A stretch of 64,000 nt of DNA from Pocillopora damicornis (lineage: Eukaryota): assembly GCF_003704095.1 (NCBI RefSeq), contig NW_020845583.1, positions 186,001 to 250,000 of the forward strand. The letters are read 5' to 3'. Positions 12,701 to 25,800 of this stretch are shown here, piece after piece. The position numbers were made by a program, and so were the translations under genes. Under the pieces are notes generated by a model, which worked only from the letters and a program-made list of their open reading frames with translations, was not told where the DNA came from and made no database searches. How positions within the stretch are numbered: position 1 is the first letter of the stretch; every line of letters starts with the position of its first letter.

Positions 12701-15700
12701 AGTATTGTATAGTAAATGATAAAAATGTATCAATATTGGAGGGCAATGAGAAATTTTTAGGCATAAGGCAAGCAATTATTGTCTGTGAATTGCGCATTGT
12801 TTGCCATAGTTGTGATTCGTGTGATACTTTAGTCGACTCGAAAACATAACATAATGAACGGTGTTCACAGGCATCGAGTATCCAGAGTTGAGCTGACTCT
12901 CGTTTATCCTTGTTTCTCGGTTCTCGGTCCTCGGTTCTCGATTCTCGATTCTTTTTTCTCGTTTTTTTTGTTTCTCGACTCTCCACCCTTCATTCTCGTT
13001 TCTCGTTTCTTGTTTCTCGTTTCTCACTTCTCGCTTCTCCATTCTCGACTCTCGACTCTCGATTACCGTTTACCGATTACCGATTCTCGATTACCCATTC
13101 TCGATTACCGATTACTGATTCTCGATTACCGATTACTGATTCTCGATTACCGACACGCGACACGCGACACGCGACACGCGACACGCGACACGCGACACTC
13201 GACACTCGACGATTGAATTAAGTACTTTATTTGTATTTGAGTCTACTCAAACTGAACAAACTTATTTTTCTTTTCCAAAAATTCACTTTGTTACGTCTTC
13301 ACAATTTTTTTTCAGGCCAGTATAGCAGAAGACCTCAGACTCGCAACTTTGGCCAACAGAACTAAGAAGGAGAAATACAAATTGTACGCAATACGATTCA
13401 TGGTGAATCTTATGGTGCTCGGACTCTCAGTTCTGTCAGCTTATTTGATTTTCATGGCTTCTCAGGTGTCTATAGAGGTAAGATGCAGTGTTTCACATTT
13501 TTTGCTGTGCGTGTTAGCAATATCCATAACAATATAGATCCGTGTTTTTTTGCGTTATCATGGGCTGATAATTTTTGAAAGCCAGTTGAGGCCGTGTTGC
13601 ACTCGGCAAGTCTTTCCTTTTTTTCCTCAATTTCTAGTGTTGCCGCTCCAATTTGCTTCTTAAATGTGATCGCACAGATTGTTTGGAAACACCCTGTAAG
13701 AAATATTGTATGGGCGGTAGGCAGCTGCCAGAGGACTTAGAGCGCTGCTTCAATTATGGGAGCTAAAAAGTCTTAATTCTTTTTATTGTCATGTTTGTTT
13801 CCTGTTATATTCATTAGCGAGAGTAGACACAAATTTTTCACCTCTTTTATTTTGGTTACTTGGCACAGACTTCCCAAGATAATGCTAATATCAAGGCGTC
13901 GCTTATGACCGATTTCATACAGTTGGGAAAGAGTTACGCTTCGCCAATCACCCTCTCCGCCCTGGGATTTATCGTTCCTTCTATCTTTTTCTTCTTCTCT
14001 GGCTTAGAGGATTGGAACCCACGAGTCCGAGTCAACGTGGACTTGGCTAGGTATGTGGTGTATGCGTCCCACAATGTTTGATAAATTTAAAACGAAAACG
14101 GTAGTTATCGAAAAGGTAATTAATTACTCGATATAACATCTCCACTGTGATTCAAATGTTTTTCAGAACGGTTCTCTTAAAGTTGGCCTCGGTCGCAGTT
14201 CTTCTTATCTCTTTGTATAACAGAATTAACAAGACCTGCATGTTGGTAGGTGACTGCACCATTCAGTTGTAAATTCCTTAAGGCAGTGTCCTGTCTGTCT
14301 ATCTGTCCTTTTGTCTCTTTGTGCGTGTACCTATCTGTTTGACTATCTGACTGTCTTCCTGTCTGCCCGTGTATCTTTCTGTCTGTCTCTGTCTTTCTGT
14401 CTATCTGTTTTTATATCTGTCCTCTGTCTCTCTATTTGGTTAGTGTATCTTTCTGTCTGTTTGTCACTCGAGGGGTGGCTTGTTTTGGCCAACCTTTAAC
14501 TTTTGCTCTTTTATGTCCATCAGTGCTGGGAGAATGCCATTGCGGCAGAAATGTACAAGTTGGTGTGGACCGACTTTTTCGTCACACTGTTGGTTATAAT
14601 TGCTGTTCAAACTCCTCGAAGGTGATGGAGGTGTTTTTTCTTGAAAAATGATGCATATTTTTCCTCTTATAGTTAAGATGTGCTTTTGCAATTTGGATCT
14701 TGCTTTTATTTCAGTTTATTTTCCCCATGTTTGCCCCCCACCAGTGATCGAGACAGAATTTCTCCTCATAACATCCATACAATATCAAGCGGACAGACGA
14801 TGAGAATTAAGAGAGATATCACTGTTGGGATTTTTAGTTGATCCATGTCAAATTCCCCAAACAAACGTCATAAGATTTGTACGGCAGATAGTAAGGAGAA
14901 TTTCTCATGAGATCTTAAGAATGAAAAAGTGAAAGGTTTGTTTTCTAGTCCGCTTAACTTCGGTTAGTTTTTCCTCAGGTTATTTGCTGATCACGTTAGT
15001 TTAGGATGTGACATGGGAAGAAAAGTTGGCCGCCCTGAGTTTTTTCTTCCAGTTAACGTGCTTGAACTTGTTTATAGTCAGGCTCTGATATGGTGAGTGT
15101 TAAAAACAAATTGTGGTGTCAAAATTGAGCAAAATGTCGACAGCCTTGATTTAACATTGAACGCTGTCTGTTGCAGTAAGTGTTCAGAATTATTTTAGAG
15201 TTACATTTTTTGGTAGGATTGGTACGTGGTACAGTCCATTTCTGCCTCTCATGGCCATCATAAAGCTACCAATTACTTTCTACGCCAAAAAGGTAAGATG
15301 GCAGACGATTTTATCCTCTTTACCGTAGCCTCTTCTAGGCGTTCAGTTTGTAGAACGTAGAGCACAATATTAAACGGCGCGACATTAGTAGGGAATCGAA
15401 AATAGGGGAAGGTCTGGGTCGAGTCGGGAAATGAACTTTACGCAGTGCGACCCTAACCTCCCTTCGCCGCTGCTATTCCGCCATAGTCTCATACCCAGAT
15501 CTTTCACAGCCAAGCGGTTATAAGATACAGTTTCAAAGTAGGATCTGGGTACGAGATTAATTACGTCATTTACTATAACCGCTCTCCGTTTTACTAACTT
15601 CACGCCTGGAACAAGCTTTCTTAATTATAAACTAGAATATTTAGGACTACACTCAGTAGTGTCTTTCGTGTTTTAGTCAATCAGATGTATTGATATCACG

Positions 15701-18162
15701 ACGTGATGATTAATTCAGTCCTCGATTCCAAGGATCACCGGGAGGGAAGCCCCTTTTGGCACGCCCTCAGAAGACTCTGGGACCGATTCTTCAGCGTTCA
15801 CTTTGGTACACGATAAGGGAGGGGGATCTCTGTTTATGGAATCACCTCTTTGTGTTATCCCCTGTTCCTACTGAGCATGCTATGGGTGTGACCGAGTACC
15901 AGGTAGTATAACTGGGTGGAAAAACTGGGCGGGACAACGGGGTTCATTAGTCAAGGCTGGCCTGGCATATCACAAAATTCTAAATAAGGGTTTAGACGCC
16001 CCTGTCAGATACCTTGATCAATAATCAAGTGAAAAATTCTGCAGTTCCGAGAAATTACCAGACTTAGCGCACGCACCCTAGGCGAAACGAACCATTTCGA
16101 GATGGTTTTAAACACCTAGTCTCTATTTCTTTCAGGCGACTGTGTTTTATAATTGTAGAGCAGCGGAGAAAGCCTACCGTGCTGGGAGATCAAACTATTT
16201 TTTCATGATTCTGTTGCTCGGGACTTTCCTTCTTTGCCTGGCTGCTGTGGCTTATGGAGTTACCCAGTAAGAAGCTAAACATGGTAGAATCAAATATGAA
16301 AGTGAAATGAAGTAGCTCTTTATTTGTAGAAATTCGTGTTTTGGCCAAGGTGGACGGATTGACCGAAAATTGTTGCAGCAGGTGATGAGGAAATTTCAAT
16401 GCACTGGTATTTTTCCACCTCAGAAAATTGCCAACCCTTTTTCGGATTTAAGTCTACTGCAATTTTTACTAACACAACGCTTCACTCAAAATACGGCTCT
16501 TTTGATAAAGGAATGAGAAGTCGTTAGCAATTGTTAACGGGATATATCTGTTTAGGGTTATCCATTCTATGGACGTTTCGATTTTTTTCGCATTGTTTAC
16601 GTGAGAGCGATTGCTTGTCGTGTTTTCCTTTAAAATTTCGAGCGGGAAATTGACACGCGGCCGGTCAAAACGGATCTTTCTTTCTGCGCATGCCCTACGT
16701 TTGACCGCTGTGTTTTCGATTCATGGCACAAAGGCGACGATACGCAGTGCCATTTCATTGTCCTTTTCATTAACATCGGTTTTCCTTTCATCCTTTTGCA
16801 CTGATTATCATCCAGAGGTACTAACATTTCTCTTGTGTGATTTCCATTCCAGAATTCGTCCGTCAGAATTGTATGGGCCATTTAGGTAAGTTTGCAGTTG
16901 TTTTGGTCGGCAGAGCGGCTACGACTAATAGGCCATTTAACAATTATGTACCTAGTTGCCAAGCCTTTTATTTGGATTGAGGCTGAGTCAACCTTGTTGT
17001 GATGAAGACCAGTATCTATTTAGCATGATAAAAAAGTAATTTACATTTGAAAAGCAGCAAGGTTTGTGTCATGACGAGGTCACCCTTGGCATCATTCCTG
17101 ATCAAAGGCTTGGCAACCAAGTATACAACTGTAAAATGAGTTATTGCAGAAGCTTTAAACGACTGACAATTTTTTAATGAATTTTCAGTGGATTCAATGA
17201 AGTTTATGACATCATTCCTTGGACTGTGTCCATTCTTCCTACTGGATTTCGTGACACCTTTCAAATTCTCGGCTCGCCTGTCTTTCTTGTTGTTCTTGGG
17301 GTCATCATTTGGTAAGAGCTGGTGACTTTGGTTTTATAGTGTGTTTCAAGCACTTTTTAGTTTTTGAATCCCACCTTAAAATAGATTTTAGGGTGCTGAT
17401 TCTAACAACTGACTCCGCTTTAAACGAAGTCTGCTCCTTCGAACATTATATTTTTATAACGTCTTTATTTGGCAGCCGAATTTTCCAGGCAGTTAGTATA
17501 TCCTTATGTACTGCTGATAAATAGCTTTTTTATTTTTTCAGTCTCAGTTTATACTTCTTCTATGCCATAGCAAAGGTTTACCGAAGAATGATAAGTGGTC
17601 TTCGAGAAGAACTTTCCATGGTAATATGTCTCTTCGACTACTGAGGCGCTTACTTCTCCATCTCGCTGAGAAGAGTTAAGATTCCTTAGGATTGTGATAC
17701 TGAGTAGAAAACCTGATGTTTCAATTATGTAGACACTGTATGTGAACCTCTTCTACAGGTGAAAACTCTTCGAATAGCAGAAGGTGAAATAAGGCTCTAA
17801 TTTAAGGGGAAGTTTCCATGAAATTTTTACAAATGTCTTGCTTGGTTTAATGGAGTATTTTGCAGAAATGCTATTTAAATTTTCGGGAAAAACCCGTTTT
17901 CGAACATCATGCTATCACTTACTATGCAGAGTAACGGCTTCAATTAGAATTTTAGGCTGCAAAACAGTTCTCACTGGTACGAAACCATAAGTTACAAGGT
18001 GATGTCTATTTCAAAGGAACACAGTTCTATTTTTTATGTAGGAATGTTCATTTCAGTTGAAATTCGTATGCTAAAGATTTTTATTACTCTATCCTTAAGG
18101 AATCCAGAGATAAGAAGTATCTTCTACAGCTGTTCGCGAGTCAATCGGATGAGAAGAGCTGA
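6776..18162 (+). CDS. Transmembrane channel-like protein (TMC7-like), 18 exons: 6776-6848, 8399-8654, 8876-8945, 10017-10098, 10445-10815, 11569-11720, 12492-12642, 13316-13477, 13869-14050, 14167-14245, 14524-14621, 14979-15092, 15217-15292, 16136-16266, 16853-16885, 17189-17311, 17542-17620, 18100-18162; about 764 aa
   Basis: TMC motifs: LWRGHFKEIEGSFGNGVLSYFTFLKWL, MFYGSY, YNMPLAY, NKVFGGWDMCI, RTVLLKLAS, CWENAIAAEMYKL, EFFLPVNVLELVYSQALIWIG, ESRDKKYLL. Splice phases chain in frame over 2295 nt. Exon 1 and the TMC7 subfamily assignment are less certain. Confidence 0.92.
7858..8045. repeat. Purine-rich (GGA/GAAG) low-complexity tract
   Basis: Direct inspection. Confidence 0.7.
10853..11140 (+). 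mobile_element. tRNA-headed SINE with Nin/Deu-like core
   Basis: tRNA-like head, then ctctccacccaagagtacaaatgggt core and cctt-rich tail. A second 5-prime portion lies at 56218-56344, cut by a gap. Confidence 0.65.
11739..11940. mobile_element. MITE copy in TMC intron 6
   Basis: Starts ttaacccttta; same internal motifs as 2797-3004. Confidence 0.65.
12905..13212. repeat. Compound heptamer tandem repeat (TCTCGTT / TCTCGAT / TACCGAT / CGACACG)
   Basis: 7-bp periodicity with unit switching along the array. Confidence 0.9.
14285..14465. repeat. Degenerate (TCTG/TCTA)n simple repeat
   Basis: Direct inspection. Confidence 0.8.
15484..15559. mobile_element. Tiny MITE/hairpin element
   Basis: tagtctcatacccagatc...gatctgggtacgagatta terminal inverted repeats. 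Confidence 0.65.
16927..17140. mobile_element. MITE
   Basis: catttaacaattatgtacctagttgccaagcctt is inverted against aaggcttggcaaccaagtatacaactgtaaaatg. Confidence 0.65.
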
Positions 18163-19185
18163 AGAACAGTGATGAAATCGTTTCAACGTCGTGACGTCAT
18201 TTTCCAGAAGATTGGACGCATAAAACTTAATGCGCAGATCACATTTGCAATATTTTTGTAATTCTTAGGTGAAAGGAATGGTTGTAGTTTCTTTTTTTTT
18301 TCGCCGAAGCAACTGGAAAATAGCACAAGGGAACTTTCTAAGTCCTTGTAAATTCCGTAACGAAAACAGGGGCGTGGCGGGGAGCGTGGGGGGAGGATTT
18401 GGGACGGTTATGAAACCATGCAGGTTCTTGCACCCCCACTCAGAACTTAAAAGGCATGTTTTGTAATGAGACACCTCAATTTCAGGTGTAACATATAATC
18501 AGTTTTTGAGCCGCTAAGATAAATGTATTTTGGAATAAAATAGGTTGTTACTGTCTATAGAAATTCTAACTGCGAATATTTTTTAGTCGTAAAAGATTTG
18601 CGAATTCCACCAAATTGTTCCCAAAATGTCAAAAAAAAAAATTATCCCGTCTTGGCCACAGATGATACAGTTCCCCTCTGTACCTGATCTTTCCTCATTT
18701 ACTTGCTATCCTAGGTGGATTCAGATTGATGCTCCTTCGAAATATTTCGATAAACATATTCAAGAGTTATCGATGGTTAATGGTTGAATTTCCTGTTAAC
18801 TTTATTATTCCTATTTTAATCGCTCTCCTGTCTAGAGGTAACAGTGCTGGTTTTGAAATTAAAATTTTTTGTTAATATTTAATTAACCCCCAAAAATAAA
18901 GGGTTACCACCTAAAGATTTCAGTTGTGAATGGTGTTGAATCAATGAGATTGTCACCCTGAACACAGGTGAAACTAGTTGTACATATTAATGAAAAGTTT
19001 TCTGATGTTGATTCCCTGAGAGTGATAGCAGCTTTAAGGGAAGTAAAGTGGTCATTCGTCCTTTTCATGAGTTCGTTTAAAAGGCACTATAGTGATTTGC
19101 AAGATGCTATTTCCGACTTGCCATCTAGTCTATATCTCCATTTCTTAACCCTGTTGCACAAACTACCTCTTATTACGCTTTCCTC

Positions 19186-19751
19186 TTAATCAATACTAAC
19201 TCGGATCGTTCCGAATTTTGGACCCAAGAAAGGATTAGCAATCTTCGTACAGCACACGAACTTGATACAAACTATCGGAGAGCACGGATCGTCGTAATTC
19301 TCGTAGCCAGCCCGAATCTCATCCCGGAGCCAGTTCGTTAACCGATTAAAGTCGTCCGGACTGAAAAAGAGCTGTACAACCAAAGCAATTGCTCCGGCGT
19401 CTATTGGTGTGTCATGCGCCCTCAATACTTCGTGTAAAAGTTCCGATCTTTTTCCGAAGCCACCGAGGAGCACGATGGAGGCTGATGCATCCTTATGGAT
19501 ATAACCATTTCTTTCGAACCCACCTTTTTCCAGAACCCCATCCTTGCCGAACAACTGGAACATGACATTGGCCATGTATCTGTTGACCGGAAAGTTAATA
19601 GTGGCTGTACTGAAAGTGGGAGCTATCGTCGACTCTGGGATCTCGTCACGTTTCAGATCGGCTTCATCTAAGGATTGTTGTTGGACGTCTTCATGTGCTG
19701 TGGAGTTTTTAATGATTGTGACGACTGGTTTCTGGTAAAAGTTCAACAAAA
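19186..19751 (-). CDS. Terminal exon of an uncharacterised protein (about 188 codons); upstream exons unresolved
   Basis: Long open frame, GC-richer than its flanks, preceded on the minus strand by a strong acceptor (ccttttcctcttttccag, phase 1) and ending in TAA. No family recognised. Confidence 0.55.
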
Positions 19752-21678
19752 CTGGAAAAGAGGAAAAGGCTCTGAACTGTCACAGTTGTTTTAGGAAAAA
19801 TTTGCTTTTTCTAAAGAACGGTCATTATTTTTCGCGACGATTGGTCGCCCTTCCGTTCCCCCTGAAAACCATGTGTTGCGCGCCTCCCTCCCCCCCTTCC
19901 GAAAAAATTGTTCTCCGACTCCCCACCCGGTCGATAAATATTTTTGCTGGACAAGATGAAATTTAGCCTTATTTCGGTTTCTGTGTATTCCTTGTTGGAA
20001 ATAGCATGGGTTCTGATTAAAAAACAAAATGCTTCGAGTCAACAAAGCTGTTTGTCGAAATCAAAAGTGATATTTAGTCCATTTATCCTTACTTGTTATC
20101 GAACAGAGAAAAGAGTTGCCGACTTCAGTTTTTGCAAAAGATTATCGGAAAAAAAGCAATAGGAAAATAATTAGTTTGAAGTTCCTGTAATCGACACCTT
20201 TTCTTTCCATTTCCTAAAGAAATTGTGGTAAAGATATAACCAAATGTTTTCGGCACACTCTCTTCCGATATCCTATTTTTTTTTTTTTTTATCTGATCTG
20301 TGATTTCCAAGCATACGAGAAAGGGCACCACTCATTCGATTTTGAAAGACAGGCAATGATCATGTATTGATACTGTGAAATCAGTTTCCGTCGCCGTAAT
20401 TTAAAGCTTGTAGCATTAAAGTCAACTGTTATCGACGACTACTGAAGCTTTAGGAAAAAAGGTAAGCGTGAATATAAATTATTTCAACCAAAATAAATAC
20501 TTTTAAATCAGTGCTATAAAAAGAGTGCTTAAGGTGTTATTTATTCTGGGCTATTTTATGCCTGTTTTCATGCTCTGATGCAGCAATTGCGACTCCCCCA
20601 GGTTGACCTGCATTCGCTTAATTGAGAGCAATTGAAGAAGAACATTCCATGGTCTATACATTTCTCAGTAAAAGGCAGTGTCCTGCTCACTTGAATGTAA
20701 TCGCAAAGGACAATTGATTCATTAACTTACATCTGAAAGTGTTCTTCGCTGTTTCGCTGGCAGAATATACTTGTTGCGGATAAAATAGCGCAATTCCCAT
20801 TGCGATGAGATAAAGGCCTGATTTTTCCATTGCTTTCGGTCAGAAAGGGAAGATAACTTTTCAAGCCGTACTTTCTGAGCTACGCTCAAGTTGAGGGCAA
20901 ATTTGAGTTTCCTTGGAAACAGACATCCTCTTGTGAGAATTTCACTGTCAATTTTCTTTGTGTTGTGCACACAAATGTCAGATTTTCTTTTGTTGTGTTA
21001 TTTTTGGAAGATTTTTTAATAAAGACTTTTCGAAAACACTTGGAAAAGTGAGAAATAATTTTTTGATAACTTTTAATCCATAAATTCCGTGAATGAGACA
21101 TCATAAGTCTAAAATGACCTGTACAGCCGGAAGATATTTTTTTCATGACATAAGATCGATTGTGGAATGCTCTATGACTTATGCAAAGATAATGTCTCAT
21201 TCTTTCTCTTCAGCTTTTAAAAGACCTAATTGTTTCCTACACGCTTAGAAAAATGCATAACTATATACCTGAATAAACACTTCTTTCTATTTTACAAATT
21301 TGATTTATGTTTATGTTGCATAACACGTACTATTTTGATTTAAATAATTTTTCAATGAGCATGTTCGATAAGCACTTGGCCTTCCCTGTTCTCGAGCTTA
21401 AAGAGAGTGTTCTTGTCTCAACTCTTCAAATTTGGCAGTGGTTTGATATTGTAAGTTTTTCTTCTACAAGCATCTTTATCTTCTATAATGTCACAATTTT
21501 GTTTAGTTTAAAGAGAGTTAATTGTGCCATGTGTATGTTGATATAGACACGGTACTTTTTAAATCAGCAGTTCAGAACAAAAATTTGCAAAAATTTTAAA
21601 CTTACGAACTCTTTCACTGCTTACGGAGCTCCGTATTTTTTTGGACAGACGCGCGACATAGTCAAAAAAAAAAAATTT

Positions 21679-22806
21679 TTAATTTATTGAAACAGAGACA
21701 GTGAAAGAGGTCAATCTTATGCTACTGGCGTGCCCGATGACGCTTACGTGATGTCTTCCGGATATCGATGAGTCACTTGTTTTAGGAGACGCTCTTGACC
21801 TGCGCTGTGCATTTCTTCTAATTTTCCTTAGCGACCGGAAGAGAATTCGATACGTGTCCTTGAACTTCCGGTTCCTGAGAGAATAGATGAAAGGGTTTAG
21901 GGCCGAGTTGAGGTATCCCAGCATAAGTAGCGCGACGGATACTTCCGGTGGGGATTTAAAAAAACACGTTTTACAAAGGCCAAAGACAGTGCTAGTTACA
22001 CTGTAAGGAAGCCAGCAGATGAACAATGCACAAACTATCACAGCAATTGTCTTAGTTCCTCTGAGATTTCGCTTAAAGTGTCTTTGATCGCGCGAGGAAG
22101 GGTGTCGGGCAATGTGGCCAGGAAAAGAGTTTTTACCCTCACCCAGCTCGTGGCATTGTTTCACGTTTTGTGCGATGCGATAAATCTTGAAATAAATTCC
22201 GCCGATGATCAGCAATGGTAGTATGAAGTGAAGGATGTTGCTTACAACTGAATAGGTGAACGTGATGTTGAAATTGCAGTAACCTCCAACAACGTAATGA
22301 GGCATACGTCGCCACCCCATGACAGGCAGTAAGCAGAACGCCAGGGAGTAGCACCATAGGAACACCACCACAAAACGAGAGGTTCGGATGGATAAGAACC
22401 TCGATTTGCGAAACCTTCTTAGCGGATCACTCAGGGTCTTGTATCGATCAATCGTAAAGACCAGGAGCGTCAGTATCGATGTAGGGACACTGAACAGATA
22501 AGTCGTTGTCCATACAATGCAGAGAGTTTCGCTATGTTTCCAGGCGCTGTTCTGGAGTAGGCTTTCAGCGTCAAACGGCATTGCGAAAATGGCAGTTAAC
22601 AGATCACAGAGGGCCAGTGAAAAGATGAAAGACATGGCCGGTGAAGAGCGAAGACTTTTATTCAGGCAAATTGCCAGACATACGAGGCTGTTGCCGAGAA
22701 GGGAGAATGCGATAATCAAGGAATAACAGACGATGGAGATACTCACAAATACGGGGTTCCACGAAGAACTGATGTTCTCCTTGCCCAAAGAGGTATTGTT
22801 CATCAT
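21679..22806 (-). CDS. Class A (rhodopsin-family) GPCR, aminergic-like orphan, intronless CDS, 375 aa
   Basis: Seven hydrophobic segments; GN in TM1, LALCD in TM2, DRY in TM3, W in TM4, CWLPY in TM6, NSALNPFIY in TM7; N-terminal N-glycosylation sites. Confidence 0.95.
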   Translation of the reverse strand: MMNNTSLGKENISSSWNPVFVSISIVCYSLIIAFSLLGNSLVCLAICLNKSLRSSPAMSFIFSLALCDLLTAIFAMPFDAESLLQNSAWKHSETLCIVWTTTYLFSVPTSILTLLVFTIDRYKTLSDPLRRFRKSRFLSIRTSRFVVVFLWCYSLAFCLLPVMGWRRMPHYVVGGYCNFNITFTYSVVSNILHFILPLLIIGGIYFKIYRIAQNVKQCHELGEGKNSFPGHIARHPSSRDQRHFKRNLRGTKTIAVIVCALFICWLPYSVTSTVFGLCKTCFFKSPPEVSVALLMLGYLNSALNPFIYSLRNRKFKDTYRILFRSLRKIRRNAQRRSRASPKTSDSSISGRHHVSVIGHASSIRLTSFTVSVSIN

Positions 22807-25800
22807 TGCTTTTGTGCTTCAGTCAAAGTGACCCCTTCGAATCAAAGCAGTCAAATTATAATGAAGCAAAATTGAAAGCAATTATTAACAGCTCACAGAT
22901 TAAGGCTCTAATGGAAATTAGAACCAAAACAAAATATGGACCCAATTTTGTCATAGAAACTAAGTGTGTGAGATAAAGTGGTCCTATTTGACACTGATTT
23001 AAAAACCGATAAAAGTAACTCTTTAACTTGAAAAGAAAAAATGGTATGAGGTAAGGAAATTGGTTAAAGAGGTTTTCTCAACTTATTAGGGTTGAATGGC
23101 AATTATAACTAAATCTGACTTAGAAAGTGTTACATTCATTTGCCACTTTTTAAATCCATTTGCCAATTTTTGTGTTAGGTGGATTTACGGATTTATTGGT
23201 AATTCTAACTGAAACGAAAATTAATTCTAGGAAGTATCATTCACCCGAGAGTGACAGTCCTAAAAAGACCTTCCTTCGCATGAAATAAAAGCAGTAATGA
23301 GGAAATTAGTTGAAATCACTTTTTAACCTCTAAGGTACACATACAAAAAAAGCTTTTAGGGAAATCAAGATCAAAGAAAAAATTCATCAAAATTCTGATT
23401 GCCACGGCTATTCGATTAAACAACATGACAAGGTAAATTTAACCTCAAATCTTTTGCAGTGAAGCGAGGTCTTGCCTGTATAAGGTTTTTTTAACACATT
23501 TCCTTTAAAAAAAAAAGAATCATCCATCAAATGTTGCAAGTTATGTCCGGAAAAGTATTTTCTCGAATGTCTCTTGGAATTGGCCCAGCCGAAAAAACGC
23601 ACCAAAACATAAGCAAAGGTTGTTTCGCCAGGGGCTTTTAATCATCAGGTAATGGATAGCTGAAGATTTTAAGCGGCTAATAGAATTCAAAGCTCCAAAT
23701 TGTTTGTTTTTGACCCAAAATGCACGACTTATTAATTTTAGCACTTTTTTCATATTGATGAAATAAGAAATGGAATGAATTAATTGCTGAGTACATGCTG
23801 TCCATACCTTTATTTTTCTATTAAGCAATTATCTGCCAATGAAGGTGAATAAAGCAATTCTCATAAAAGTAATTCCAGAAAAGCTCTTTTCTTTCGAGGG
23901 CTTTCTAATCGTTAATTCGTTATGTTGAAGTGGAACAAAAAGCGCTACTTTTTCGGAACTGTTTTCTCATTTTCTTAAAAACTTTAAAAGTTTTCAAGGT
24001 GCATGCCACCCACCTGTTTTTTCCCATTTTATCTTTTGCCTAAAGCACCCATCAATTATGTTTGCCAATATTTAAGTGTGTAAGATTCTTTGAGCGCAAA
24101 AAAATATGTGCTACTATCACATGAAATGAACTGTATCGGGATTAAAAATGGCCATTCCAATTAATATTGAGGAGTTTACAGTTTTCAAATGTATATTTGT
24201 CTAGGCTGTTGAATTTGATAACAACTGGATGGTGACCATGAATTTTATTTTTTTTATCTTGTACCTTTATTTGTATCAAGGAGAATACTCCATTTTCAAA
24301 GAGGGAATGAACGAAATTATGCCAAGTTTTCCTTTCAGATAAAACCTATTTCTATGCCTTTTCTTTATTATTGTTAAAAGCTCTCGACTTCCATTGAAGA
24401 CCGAAATCTTAAAATACTGGTAATTGCTTCAGACGTTTCTTACATTATTTTCTCTGGACTGACCAAAGAAACGCTAAACTATACATAAATAGCTATTTCA
24501 AAACACTAGTCAGTTACCTCTTACTGGTGATGAAAGATTCGAAAAACATACCTTTCTTTTTCTTTTTTTTCAGAGAGACCCGGACTCGATAGCCAAGTGT
24601 TTCAATTTAACTCCTAACATCTCTTAGCAAATATGATCAGCTACGAGTTGCTTGTAGTATTTTAAACATCAATTGGTAAAAAGATATTCTTGAACTGAAA
24701 CACTTTCAATGACACTTCAAGTTCTTTTAGGGTTTTTTCAAGTGTTTCCGACAGCCGCCAACTTGCGGATATCTTCAAATAGTTTACCACTTGTATTCTT
24801 TTTTTTTTTCTTTTTTACTTATTGTTTTTGGAGATAAGATGTGACAAAATGAACGCTTTTTTTAGCAAATGTCAAGTATTTTTCCTTTTTCTTTTGCTTC
24901 TTTGATTTATTTCAATCGACTGCTTTTGTTACATTTTCTAAATGATGTTGCAAAATTCTCTTGGGCAGATGATCATTCCCACGCATAAATGTTATTCATA
25001 AAAACAAAGAATCAAACAGAGAAAGACCCTGGTTCACGATTGTAGGCTAGAAAGTCTAATAGTAAGAAATCACTGCAATTACATAATCACTGCGATCCAT
25101 TGTAAGACAATCATTTCAACTGTTCGTAGCTACTCGTTACTTTCGATTCAAAAATCAATAATTGTCTCAGCAGAACTTACGTACGTGACCCTATGGCAGG
25201 AAATGACAATTGAAAATTTCCACGCATCCTTTACATCTATTCGGTTACATCAAATAAAGCAATTGCACCCTCAAAAAAGTAAACATCATCGCCTTTCGGC
25301 TTCAAGTTAATAACTTGGTATTGACAGTTGGTGGTGCTTCCTCTGGGTCATATGAGAGAAGGAATATCATGGCGTGAAATGCAAAAGTCTTTCGACCTAA
25401 AATTTTACTCTCTTTTTAAAAGCTCAAGATCTGAAAAACTGAAACGTATGGATCAAGTTTATTGAGTTTCTTATTTAATAATATTTGCTTGTATACGCTT
25501 GTAGAAGGACCCTAAAATAATTTTAATGTTAAAAATATCTGGATCAAGCGACACAATGTATTTTACTGACAATAAAATTTGTGGTAGTTTCTCTTACCTT
25601 AGAAATTACTTATTATGTAAATGTAGCTATAAATCATTTTAGTCTGCTCCATATTTTGCTTCCAGAATAATTTGATCAGTGAGGTTTTTGGATCATTTAA
25701 GCCATTCTCTTTGTATGGACAGTTTTTAACAGTTTGGAAAAGAGATCACAAAGAAAACCAAGACTCAAAACCTTTAGAATTTTGTGTTAAAATGTTTCTG

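Noticed and set aside
12672-13221. Four overlapping ORFs of 88-120 aa
   Set aside because: Artefacts of the stop-poor heptamer repeat in a TMC intron.
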